From a virus, in IMG/VR virus record IMGVR_UViG_3300036846_001176, positions 29,048-93,047 of that record: a DNA stretch of 64,000 bases; one strand, written 5' to 3'. How positions within the stretch are numbered: the first letter of the stretch is position 1; each line of letters begins with the position of its first letter. The notes beneath the pieces were generated by a model, which did no database searches, was not told the DNA's origin, and saw only the letters and a program-made list of their open reading frames with translations. Positions 57,201 through 64,000 of the stretch are shown here, piece by piece. The position numbers and the translations under genes are program-made.

Positions 57201-57664
57201 GCTGGGGCGACGACAGCACCTTCAGCGGCGGTGACTTCGGCGGCGACGTCGGCGGCGGCGGGGACTTCGGTGGTGGCGACTTCGGCGGTGGGGGTGGGGG
57301 CGACCTCGGCGGCGGCTGGGGCGACGACAGCACCTTCGCCCTCGGTGGCATCCCGCGCAGCGGCCTGGCAGGCCTGCGCAACACCATCGTCGAGGCGCCC
57401 ACCGTGTTCCGCTTCGCCGGCGGCGGCCGCACCGGCATGGCCGGCGAGGCAGGCGCCGAAGCCATCCTGCCGCTCAAGCGCGACGGCTCAGGCCGGCTCG
57501 GCGTCTCGGCCGGCGCCTTCGGCGGCGGCAACGGCGGCGACAATCACTTCCACACCTGGAACATCCAGACGCCGAGCCCCGAGAGCTTCATGCGCAGCCG
57601 CAACCAGGTCGAGGCGGCCATGACCCTCTCGATGAGCAAGGCCAGGGCCCGCAACAACCAGTAG
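51248..57664 (+). CDS. Tape measure protein with internal lytic-transglycosylase-like domain (2138 aa)
   Basis: Gln/Ala helical repeats; QETGG...SSASGYFQIVDSTW; C-terminal GEAGAEAILPLKR.GSGRLGV. Confidence 0.9.
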   Translation: MSDRAPLSFDIDSTSAQRAVSVLQTLVTQAQAAVATTTQLAQAQGQLTTSYAQQASEISRLADATRNYGGTLNGLVSQLNQLRTAVTSASGGNLFSGYARMLNEAQAVAAQLNTSVEGIDRFISKARQLNITSQDLATGLGRITDALKGQSAAGINANVMLAQLGVNMSGVSPNQPNLILQRIQDSLRQIQDPTLQVQMAQRVMGPAFTAQDTQQLVRQPYIPYWQQQEQNRRANDRANIDAQQVTAQRLTMEHRQRADELADLQSRFTRFGGFFGRAGVTDFLANPFVTNNELLRQYREIASRPESQRAPNERFGEMGRQAYERSDIARITRNFASGGFTSSQGEIEARFDKDLDDVGRIQATINEIKRTWQNLGGNYQRLTPEQIQTALTPIELRERQRQAGDTLATSFGDARVSNIVRLQDLAEVDQGNQRELYNRAYGGPGFAPGEGERQYRYGQTRRQTELEDLRRPEAGALRDANFRRYIQGLAPGDRARAIAGAAYYRGQTGNEFVPGEGAGADAAYQSPDLSDRARAAGRTLEREGQIGLRAADTEQTQQTIQLQKELAQALTGTRAAAEDALRAWNAYLAAQSNNGDAETRNLAAQHAVTAAMSQRITQGQALVRQQQQENTVAAQRAADASRYATADPVTRAAFMAASGVDAQVQRAIFAGQLQDPTGGRVAVRDANGRITRYDDVRLSDDERRRAEQTNAEYRRGLFSQQAAEGAGAAAAQATGIVSATQTGARTAALMGQGYTAQQAEERATSEQKLAEAAGAAQKAMEETANATDQVGKSAHEAAEQNLHTVQAEQQRLESLTRQLDAQRAIVAVMEQTRQIMEDTNRTINDMKIGDAFRQAADELQRLIQPILNAPGVTGGGGEAQISGVYGVVSGQETGGGRTGTGSNLVNQPLPGQKPSSASGYFQIVDSTWQEYAKKAGVDTTQYPRAIMAPPDVQAHVASLIPLGAWRSSVPGKPGAADIIVQQHPNVNFGMPLGQVATTLGQPMLPTITTTRAGTPVTVTGGQPALPSVSLSIEDIRRLVERGEHLKHGDYGLQDPDIDTINRSVDEVRRKRQVGIQYTTQQLTEQVDRELAAQGGRIRILQGGGGAGEAARVVTRPPGLTDAEWDQRRAQEQRRVVGGQQTEAAGDAARRADEIRRLQEQQRAYTGTIAEQIAAQRDLTAAEQAHQEVQKVGSGILNEADERSRNFVANLAKETDEVRASTAEMQRQRSGMEAAADAAKFGPGAEQKAAELKHITDEIESLQIRLQTANEAERKGIEDAITGYQRKAQAIEETSLAAAKQRTAEEAYRQSTQNQDQMATNALGPFATQLDIRRTQRWMGVAREFAEHPGLEQTQAGQERISAARAADEIDKQTESMNELRQAAQSAGDAMEQAFTAVANRSETAGQAVHNLVGSLNQIALKTFVIKPFEKAMGSLFGDIFGSGDTPSGSSGGKTDNTVFGIAHRLMSGGGGAGAGSGGSSTTATADEDWISRGWHYLFGRKGSGGQGTTGVPTDIASAGKTLADAGVGGTGGGKTETALLAAAQPVYVVNWPTSLGGTGTGAGTTAGNATGGGMGSGGVGGAAGDKALADDLARRGGNVISQRTGIPPENITTNGVPLRGGGTATTGDGIPIKPYPQPDDVTSGGGSGGGGTDGGGGAATSSSPGWFMPSGQSGQQYYDLSPPAWNWQPSAGDTGTGGDSGASQQDLKDQLDQFHRDTLSSNDNAPPDDGSYAGLMSVANDNATGADVSAASGGWDASGDQTSWDTSGGGNARTIQLGGGPRVSRNYSGTELDAGIYGLGQLGRAVPAVGGASASIGGANVNIFSGIMDVLKAGSAQEKSDAAHSGGTAGGSVGGSASGSSSSSPGLLSEIFGHAGGITGWATDKILGKGMYERGGLIGMLSRDIQGKGGDKAADAIKTGGTTPAGSSKVTTQDLATTQKAMADAKDDNTVGSGTDTATTDTSAAGVALYDDPTSTGGDGGDGGGWGDDSTFSGGDFGGDVGGGGDFGGGDFGGGGGGDLGGGWGDDSTFALGGIPRSGLAGLRNTIVEAPTVFRFAGGGRTGMAGEAGAEAILPLKRDGSGRLGVSAGAFGGGNGGDNHFHTWNIQTPSPESFMRSRNQVEAAMTLSMSKARARNNQ

Positions 57665-57675
57665 AGACGAATGGC

Positions 57676-58329
57676 ATGGGCGTCAGCTTCGATGAGGTGC
57701 AGTTTCCGTCCTCGATCAGCCAGGGCGCGGTCGGTGGCATGCGCTTCTCCACCACCGTCATCAGCCTCAGTTCCGGCTCCGAGCACCGCAACATCAACTG
57801 GTCGGCCTCGCGCGGCAAATGGGACGTCAAGCACGGGCTGAAAACGCAGTTCCAGATCGAGCAACTCATCGACTTCTTCGCCGCGCGATACGGGCGCGCC
57901 TACGGGTTTCGCTTCAAGGACTGGATCGATTACCGGGTGCCACGCTGGGAGTACGCGCCGGGCGATCTGTTTCCGATCCCGATCATGTTCACGACAGATG
58001 GCCATACGCCATCGTTCCAGATCACCAAGTTCTACGGCGACGTGAACCGCGGCTACCTACGGATCATCCAAAAACCTGTGAGCGGCTCGGTGGTAGTGCT
58101 GCGCAACGGCGCGCAGATCCTGCCGCCGCAATGGTCGGTCGACGTCACGACTGGCATCGTCACGCTGGCCGCCTCGATCTACACGACGGTGGGCACGCAG
58201 ATCGGGCTCGCGTGTGAGTTCGACGTGCCCGTTCGCTTCGACACCGACGAGATGCAGACCACCATCACGACGACGGAGATTTATAGCTGGGACGCCGTGC
58301 CGATCGTCGAAATCCGCGAGATCAACTGA
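57676..58329 (+). CDS. DUF2460 distal tail protein (RcGTA-like)
   Basis: FDEVQFP..IS.GA.GG..FST.V, FRFKDW.DY, FDVPVRFDTD. Confidence 0.9.
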   Translation: MGVSFDEVQFPSSISQGAVGGMRFSTTVISLSSGSEHRNINWSASRGKWDVKHGLKTQFQIEQLIDFFAARYGRAYGFRFKDWIDYRVPRWEYAPGDLFPIPIMFTTDGHTPSFQITKFYGDVNRGYLRIIQKPVSGSVVVLRNGAQILPPQWSVDVTTGIVTLAASIYTTVGTQIGLACEFDVPVRFDTDEMQTTITTTEIYSWDAVPIVEIREIN

Positions 58330-58360
58330 TGCCGGGACCTTACGATCACCGGCATCAGTT
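58324..58360. terminator. Perfect 12-bp hairpin closing the orphan guide
   Basis: aactgatgccgg / ccggcatcagtt, 13-nt loop. Confidence 0.75.
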
Positions 58361-58418
58361 TCACGCCTGCCATGCCCCGCCGTGTCATGCCTTGTCGTGC
58401 CACGCCGAGCCGGGCCGT
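58361..58418 (-). ncRNA. Stand-alone GGC-NN guide unit
   Basis: Minus strand ac GGC cc GGC tc GGC gt GGC ac GAC aa GGC at GAC ac GGC gg GGC at GGC a GGC gt; same grammar and GGC-A-GGC terminus as array units. Confidence 0.85.
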
Positions 58419-58422
58419 ATGA

Positions 58423-58451
58423 TTACTAAGCCCACCACGATGGACGGTCAA
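58423..58451 (-). promoter_or_regulatory. Sigma70-like promoter for the orphan guide
   Basis: Minus strand TTGACC-17 nt-TAGTAA(T), ending ~5 nt before the first NN. Confidence 0.65.
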
Positions 58452-58456
58452 TAGCG

Positions 58457-59803
58457 ATGCCAAAAACCATCTCCGTCGCCTTGAAGGCCCACATCGCGCA
58501 GACCGTGACGACGCTCGCCACGTGCTGGCGGATCGTGCGCAACGATGGCGCAACGTTCGGGTTCACGACGCATGATGCAGACTTGTTCATCCTCGGCGTG
58601 CCGTACCTGTCGGTCTCGGGGTTTTCGGCGGGGGCGATCCAATCGGGCACCACCGGGCAGGTCGATAACTTGCAGACGCTGGGCTATTTTTCTGACACCG
58701 GCGTCCGGGTGCAGGATGTCAAGAACCGCCTGTTCGACTACGCAACGGTGTTTTTGTTTATGGTGAATTGGCGCGACCTGACCATGGGTCAGATCAACAT
58801 GCGCCGCGGCTGGCTGGGCGAGACGGTGGTGGCGCCGAACGGCGCGTTTGCCGCCGAGCTGCGCGGCATCAACCAGGCGCTGGTGCAGGAGTTCGGCAAC
58901 TTCTTCAGCCCGCTCTGCCGCAACGACCTGGGCGACATGCACTGCCAGGTGCCGATCCTGGCGGCGAAGTGGATCCCGAGCTGGCCGGTCGGCACGGGCA
59001 CGCATATGAGCCAGATGACCGCGACCACCGACGAGACCCGGATCGCGGTCTATGTCGCGACGAATTCCGGCACCACCTGGTCGACCGAGCCGATCTGGAA
59101 CCCGGCCGTCGGCTCATTGACGAATGACAATGACATTGTCTGGCAGTCGATCGAGCCGATCCGCAAGATCGCCTACGCGACGCAGGCGATCGACCAGCAC
59201 AACTTCCTGTCGACGCCCCTAGTGGCGGCGGCCACCATCGGCAACACCGCGCAGATCTCGATCACCAACGACGTCTCACGGGGATCGGCCATCGAGTTCT
59301 CCGACGGCATCAACAGCTGGAGCCTGAGCTTCTACGACGACATGAAGCGCGCCAACGCGGTCGGCTACATCGCCACTCTCCTGCCGACGTCGGGGCTTAA
59401 TTTCAGCTACACCGGCGTGCTCGGGCCGGACAGCTACTACAACATCCAGATCACCAACCTGAACAGCCAGAAGGGCAGCGTCACCAAGACCGGCGACATC
59501 CTTGGCGCTATCGTGATCGACAATTTCGGCGACGCCTACCTCGATGCCGGCACGATCACCTGGGACACCGGCTTCAATGCCGGGGTGACGGTCGAGCTCA
59601 AGACGTACAACCCGACCGCGCAGCAGGTGACCACCTATCTCGGCCTGATGATGCCGGTGACCGCGGGCGACCGGTTCTTCTACTACCCGGGCTGCGACAA
59701 GCGGCGCGACACCTGCGTCAAGAAGTTCAACAACATCCGGAATTTCCGTGGCGAGCCCGACATCCCCGGCATCGACAAGATGCTGTCCTATCCGGACAGT
59801 TGA
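58457..59803 (+). CDS. DUF2163/BR0599 baseplate hub protein
   Basis: TTLATCWRI.R.DG..FGFTTHD; CRNDLGD..C; GCDKRRDTC..KFNN..NFRGEP.IPG. Confidence 0.9.
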   Translation: MPKTISVALKAHIAQTVTTLATCWRIVRNDGATFGFTTHDADLFILGVPYLSVSGFSAGAIQSGTTGQVDNLQTLGYFSDTGVRVQDVKNRLFDYATVFLFMVNWRDLTMGQINMRRGWLGETVVAPNGAFAAELRGINQALVQEFGNFFSPLCRNDLGDMHCQVPILAAKWIPSWPVGTGTHMSQMTATTDETRIAVYVATNSGTTWSTEPIWNPAVGSLTNDNDIVWQSIEPIRKIAYATQAIDQHNFLSTPLVAAATIGNTAQISITNDVSRGSAIEFSDGINSWSLSFYDDMKRANAVGYIATLLPTSGLNFSYTGVLGPDSYYNIQITNLNSQKGSVTKTGDILGAIVIDNFGDAYLDAGTITWDTGFNAGVTVELKTYNPTAQQVTTYLGLMMPVTAGDRFFYYPGCDKRRDTCVKKFNNIRNFRGEPDIPGIDKMLSYPDS

Positions 59804-59805
59804 GC

Positions 59806-60234
59806 ATGACGCGCAACGACATCGTCGAACAAGCGCGCGAGTACCTGTTCGTGCCGTTCCTGCCACGCGGCCGCTCGAAGCGAGGCCTCGACTGCCTGGG
59901 CCTCGCCTGCGTCATCGCCGACCATTTCAGGGTGCACTATGTTGACATGCCGGACTACGACCAGCAGCCGCATCCCAACCGCATGCTGCTGACGATCATG
60001 CGGCAGTTCCTCAAGCCGATGCCGATCGATGGCGAGCTGACCGGCTGCCTGGGCGTCTTCGCCATGGTGCGGCTACCCTGCCATATCGGCTTCTTCAGCA
60101 TGCAGCGTGACCGACAGTACGTGATCCACACGCGCGTCGACTGCGGCGTGGCCGAGGAGCTCTACGACGCCGACGTGGCGAAATCGCAGTTCCGGGTGAT
60201 CTCGGTGCACGCGTTCCCTGAGATGGAGGTCTGA
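59806..60234 (+). CDS. NlpC/P60 tail-associated peptidase
   Basis: GRS..GLDCLGL and PCHIG; RcGTA-like position. Confidence 0.85.
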   Translation: MTRNDIVEQAREYLFVPFLPRGRSKRGLDCLGLACVIADHFRVHYVDMPDYDQQPHPNRMLLTIMRQFLKPMPIDGELTGCLGVFAMVRLPCHIGFFSMQRDRQYVIHTRVDCGVAEELYDADVAKSQFRVISVHAFPEMEV

Positions 60235-60237
60235 TCG

Positions 60238-63200
60238 ATGGGCAGCCAGATCGGCTCCAGCGCCTTCGGCATGGCCGGCCACATGCTGGGCGGATTTTTG
60301 GGCGGCCCGATCGGCGGCGCGATCGGCGGCATGGCCGGCGGCATCATCGGCTCGCTGCTGTTCGGGCGCAAGAACAAGCCGATGGTGCCCGACGTGCAGC
60401 TCATGAACTCGGCGTATGGCAAGCCGATCCCGATCGTCTACGGCAAGATGCGGCTGCCGGCCAATATGATCTGGCAGACCGACATCGAAACCAAGGAGCA
60501 CAGCGTCGGCAAGGGGATGGGCGGGCAGAGCGCCTACAGCTACTTCCAGAGCGCCGCCCTGGCGTTCTGCGAGGGCCCGGTCGATTTCCTCAAGCTCTAT
60601 CTCGATGGCCGGCTGTTCGTCGACCAGACGGTGCTCTATCCGGTCGAGCAGACGAAATACAAGTTCATGCTGCGCGGCTATATCGGCGACGAGACCCAGG
60701 TGGCCGACCCGGCCATGGTGCAATGGGTGGCGCTGCATGCGCTGCCGTGGAACTCATGCCCGGATTATCACGGTCTCGCCTACCTGACCTTCATCCGGCC
60801 GGACCTCACGCATTTCGGCAACCGGTTTCCGCAGGTCACCTGCATCGTGCAGTCCAACCCGAAGCACTTCACCAAGTTCCAGCAACTCGTCCGCTACACC
60901 ACCGACTACTTTATCGTCGCCTACCTGTTCAGCAACGGGCAAAGCATCGCGGTCGACTGGGTGCGTGGCGCGGTTTACACGCTGATGGCACCCAACGGCG
61001 TATCCTTCATGCCGGTGAAAGGCTGGGGGATCGCCACCTTCAACGTCTATCTCGGCGCGCAGACGCAGTTTGCCGACTGGGACCACATCTTCTTCGGCGG
61101 CGGCCTCTATCCGGAAGGCACCGGTGGGGTCAATGCCATCACCTGCACCCAGGGTGGCCGGATCTACGGCTGGAGTTGGTCCACCGGCGTCATCTTCTCG
61201 ATCAACCCGAACACCATGGTGTTCGACGGCGAATACACCCAGGTGGACCTGCACGGCGGCTGGGAGCTCTCGCAACTGCAGGGCTTCGAACTGGTCACGC
61301 CGATCGGCTCGATGGAGATGCTGATCGGCCTTATCCCGGGGAAGGGTGTTGTCATTATCAACCCGTTGACCCGGGCCCAGAGCGGCATCCTGCCGCACCG
61401 TTTCACCAGTTCGTATGCCACGTTCTGGCTCAGTGTCGCTTTCGCCATCGGCCATCAGGACACCATCTCGGGCACGGTCGATATCTGGTATGTCGTCGGC
61501 CACGCGGGCGACCCCGACCAGGGGACCTATATCTACAAGGGCGTCGTCAATTCATCCGATCCATCGGGGCTGGAGATCTGGCCGTGGGAGGAAGTTGGTG
61601 TTCTGACGCCGCAGGACTTCGGCGCCCCGCCGGGTCCGGTCACGACGTGGCAGCCAGGCTACGACAACGTGTTCTATTACGATGCGGATGACAGCATCGT
61701 TGTCTGTTTAAACAGCCCGTTTCAGGCGGTTTGCAAATTCACCAACAATGTCGGCGCTGGCTGGCGTCTGACCGGCGGCACGCTCGGTTGGTATAACCCG
61801 CAGGCCGACACCTCGCTTGGCTACCTGCCGGTCACCGGCGGCGGCGTGTTCGCGCTGATTTTCGCTGAACTCGACAACACCAGCCTGTGGGAGAACGTCG
61901 ATCTCGGGACCGGCAAGATCACGCCGAGCCCGGTCAACTACAGCGGCGCCGATGCCACGCCGAACATCATGTTTGCCAGGTCGGGGCAGATCGAATTCTC
62001 GCAGAGCTATGGCGACTTCGTGCTCTACCAGGGCTGGACGGACGGTGAAATCCACATCGCCTACCTGCTGCGCCAGGCCACCAACCGGGTGAAGGTGGGC
62101 GACATCATCACCGACATCTGCGGCCGCGTCGGCGTCACGCCCGACATGATCGATGTGACGCAGATCGACAGCTACGAGACCACCGGCTACTGCATCCAGG
62201 AGGCCAAATCCGCCGGTGCGGCCATCGCCGACCTGCTGCACGTCTATCAGATCGACATGGTCGAGAGCGACTTCCGGCTGAAGTTCCTGCCGCGTGGCCT
62301 GCCGGTGGTGGCCAGCATCCCGCAGAGCGACCTCGGCTCGGTCGACGAGAAAGACCCCTCGCAGTACTGGCGGGTCAAGGAAGCGCAGCAGCAGGAACTG
62401 CCGATCCAGCTCGTGCTGCGGTTTCAGGATCCCGACCTCGATTTCCAGTCAGGCGCCACCTATGCCAAGCGCATCGAGCTGCCGGTGCCCACCGCCTGGT
62501 CGAAGCGGCGGATGAACATTGATCTTCCCGTCATCGTCAACAACACCGAGGCGCGCGGCATCGCTGAGAAGTGGCTCTACACGATGTGGGCCGAGCGCGA
62601 CACGGTGGAGACCGTGCTGCCGTGGAAATACCTGTTCCTCGATCCGGCGGACAATGTGAACGTCCTGCTGGACAACGGCGACTTCAACGTCATCCGCATC
62701 GAGGAGCAGAACATCGGCGCCGACCTCTCGATCCGCGTCCATGGCGCGTTCGAGGACCTCAACGTCTACAACCCGGCGCCGCATTTGCTGGGCGCCATCA
62801 CTGGGTTTCAGCAGCAGATCGTCCAGGCCGCGCCGTTTGCCGAATTCCTGCAATGGAACACCCCGCTCCTGCAGGACGCCGACGACACCGGCGGGGCGTC
62901 GATGCGGATCTATTACGCGGCGGGCGCCTACACCAACGGCTGGGTCAGCGGCGAGCTCTGGCGCTCGGTCGACAACTCGGCCACCTGGGAGGACTTCGCC
63001 GGGATGCCGACCGCCGCGGCCTGGGGGCACTCGATCACCCAGCTTGGCGATACGCCCTCGCGGTTTGCCACCGACATCGTCAACACGGTGACCATCCAGC
63101 TCATCTCCGGGGCGACCCTGCTGTCGTGCACCTACGACCAGATGCTGAGCGGGGCGAACGCCGGGCTGCTCGCCGGCGAGGTGATCCAGTTCCAGACGGT

Positions 63201-63816
63201 CACCCACAACGACGACGGCACGGTGACGCTGTCGAACATCCTGCGCGGCCGGCGTGGCACCGAGTATGCCTGCGCCGTGCATGCCATCGGAGACGTGTTC
63301 GTCTCGCTGGTGCTCGGCACTATCGGCGGCCGCACGCTGAGCCTGCCGGAACGCAACACCCAGGAGCTCTGGAAGCTGGTGCCGACCGGGCGGGTGATGG
63401 ACCAGACGCCGACCGACGCCTTCACCTATCGCGGCTATGACCTGATGCCTTACGCGCCAGTGTTCGCCAAGCGCACCCCGAGCGGGGCCGACCTGCGGCT
63501 CAGCTGGACCCGGCGCACCCGGCTTGCCGGCCTCCTGATGGACGGCACCGACACCGCCCCGCTCGCCGAGACCAGTGAGGCCTACGAGGTCTATCTGCTG
63601 ACCAGCGTGGCTGACGTGCCTAATTTCAACCCCGACAACCCGGCCTCCTACAAGCGCGCCTTCACCGGGCTGGCCGCGCCGAACGTGCTCTACACCGCGG
63701 CCATGCAGGCGGCGGATGGCTGGGATCCGACGCAGACGCTCTATCCGGTGATCTATCAGCTCTCCGGCGTGATCGGCCGGGGGTTCCCGGGCACCTTCAC
63801 CTTGCCGGCCAAGTAG
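60238..63816 (+). CDS. Tail tip / host-specificity protein J (GTA megatron-like)
   Basis: YGKPIPIVYG..RL..N.IW, NILRGRRGTE, WTRRTR; 1192 aa. Confidence 0.9.
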   Translation: MGSQIGSSAFGMAGHMLGGFLGGPIGGAIGGMAGGIIGSLLFGRKNKPMVPDVQLMNSAYGKPIPIVYGKMRLPANMIWQTDIETKEHSVGKGMGGQSAYSYFQSAALAFCEGPVDFLKLYLDGRLFVDQTVLYPVEQTKYKFMLRGYIGDETQVADPAMVQWVALHALPWNSCPDYHGLAYLTFIRPDLTHFGNRFPQVTCIVQSNPKHFTKFQQLVRYTTDYFIVAYLFSNGQSIAVDWVRGAVYTLMAPNGVSFMPVKGWGIATFNVYLGAQTQFADWDHIFFGGGLYPEGTGGVNAITCTQGGRIYGWSWSTGVIFSINPNTMVFDGEYTQVDLHGGWELSQLQGFELVTPIGSMEMLIGLIPGKGVVIINPLTRAQSGILPHRFTSSYATFWLSVAFAIGHQDTISGTVDIWYVVGHAGDPDQGTYIYKGVVNSSDPSGLEIWPWEEVGVLTPQDFGAPPGPVTTWQPGYDNVFYYDADDSIVVCLNSPFQAVCKFTNNVGAGWRLTGGTLGWYNPQADTSLGYLPVTGGGVFALIFAELDNTSLWENVDLGTGKITPSPVNYSGADATPNIMFARSGQIEFSQSYGDFVLYQGWTDGEIHIAYLLRQATNRVKVGDIITDICGRVGVTPDMIDVTQIDSYETTGYCIQEAKSAGAAIADLLHVYQIDMVESDFRLKFLPRGLPVVASIPQSDLGSVDEKDPSQYWRVKEAQQQELPIQLVLRFQDPDLDFQSGATYAKRIELPVPTAWSKRRMNIDLPVIVNNTEARGIAEKWLYTMWAERDTVETVLPWKYLFLDPADNVNVLLDNGDFNVIRIEEQNIGADLSIRVHGAFEDLNVYNPAPHLLGAITGFQQQIVQAAPFAEFLQWNTPLLQDADDTGGASMRIYYAAGAYTNGWVSGELWRSVDNSATWEDFAGMPTAAAWGHSITQLGDTPSRFATDIVNTVTIQLISGATLLSCTYDQMLSGANAGLLAGEVIQFQTVTHNDDGTVTLSNILRGRRGTEYACAVHAIGDVFVSLVLGTIGGRTLSLPERNTQELWKLVPTGRVMDQTPTDAFTYRGYDLMPYAPVFAKRTPSGADLRLSWTRRTRLAGLLMDGTDTAPLAETSEAYEVYLLTSVADVPNFNPDNPASYKRAFTGLAAPNVLYTAAMQAADGWDPTQTLYPVIYQLSGVIGRGFPGTFTLPAK

Positions 63817-63825
63817 GAGGCCTCG

Positions 63826-64000
63826 ATGGCCGTATCGCCGATCCTGGAGATCCCGCAGCTCGCACCGACGCAGATCGACAAGGTGCCGGCGATCAACGAC
63901 GATTTCGTCGCCCTCGAGGCGGCGTTCAACGCGCAGTTGCCGATCAGTTTCTCGGCCGGGCCGGTGACGCTGACCTTCGGCCAGTTCAGTCGCAACGAGG
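63826..64000 (+). CDS. DUF2793-like tail protein (partial, runs off window)
   Basis: AGGAGG RBS; SPILEIPQL..TQ..K...INDDF..LE; position after J. Confidence 0.55.
   Translation, partial: MAVSPILEIPQLAPTQIDKVPAINDDFVALEAAFNAQLPISFSAGPVTLTFGQFSRNE

Larger units (their letters stand above)
1..64000. mobile_element. Segment of a large tailed dsDNA phage/prophage (packaging, head and tail modules)
   Basis: Ordered terminase, portal, Mu-F-like, protease, capsid, neck, tail tube, chaperone, tape measure and tail-tip genes, nearly all on +; no host housekeeping genes seen; ends not in window. Confidence 0.97.

Noticed and set aside
1-64000. tRNA, rRNA, integrase or att sites
   Set aside because: None recognised by eye; lifestyle (temperate versus lytic) cannot be determined from this window

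Overview
A 64-kb, high-GC segment of a large tailed (siphovirus-like) phage or prophage, probably of an alphaproteobacterial host (inferred from an RcGTA-like tail-tip module: DUF2460, DUF2163, NlpC/P60, J-like). It runs from the terminase region through head and tail morphogenesis. The standout is a leftward cassette at 1.0-3.3 kb: a Cas7/RAMP-like gene (2418-3263), a translationally coupled partner (1912-2418), and a ~0.9-kb non-coding array of GGC-NN pentamers cut into 17 units by a 4-nt GGC-A spacer and closed by a hairpin. Reading only the variable NN dinucleotides as codon positions 1+2 (wobble skipped) spells recognisable protein motifs: AGTSTGGIIA (patatin), PFDLVYADPPW (amino-methyltransferase motif IV) and GLSRAAIAKIE (XRE-type HTH). 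The array therefore looks like a library of gapped, wobble-blind RNA guides. A stand-alone guide with its own promoter and hairpin sits at 58.3-58.45 kb and spells a variant of the adjacent DUF2460 tail gene. This architecture matches what I recall as VIPR (Viral Interference Programmable Repeat) systems; that name is from memory and should be verified, whereas the decoded targets come from this sequence. Other notable features are an Acb2/Tad1-like gene, a Tae2/BPSL0067-like amidase, and four very large Gly/Ala/Arg-rich head-region proteins built of modules delimited by a hydrophobic-x-K motif next to an XkdF-like protease. There is also a collagen-like fibre, tandem paralogous tail proteins, a -1 frameshift chaperone and homing-endonuclease insertions. 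No rRNA, tRNA or canonical CRISPR array was seen. All family assignments are by motif recognition, not database search.
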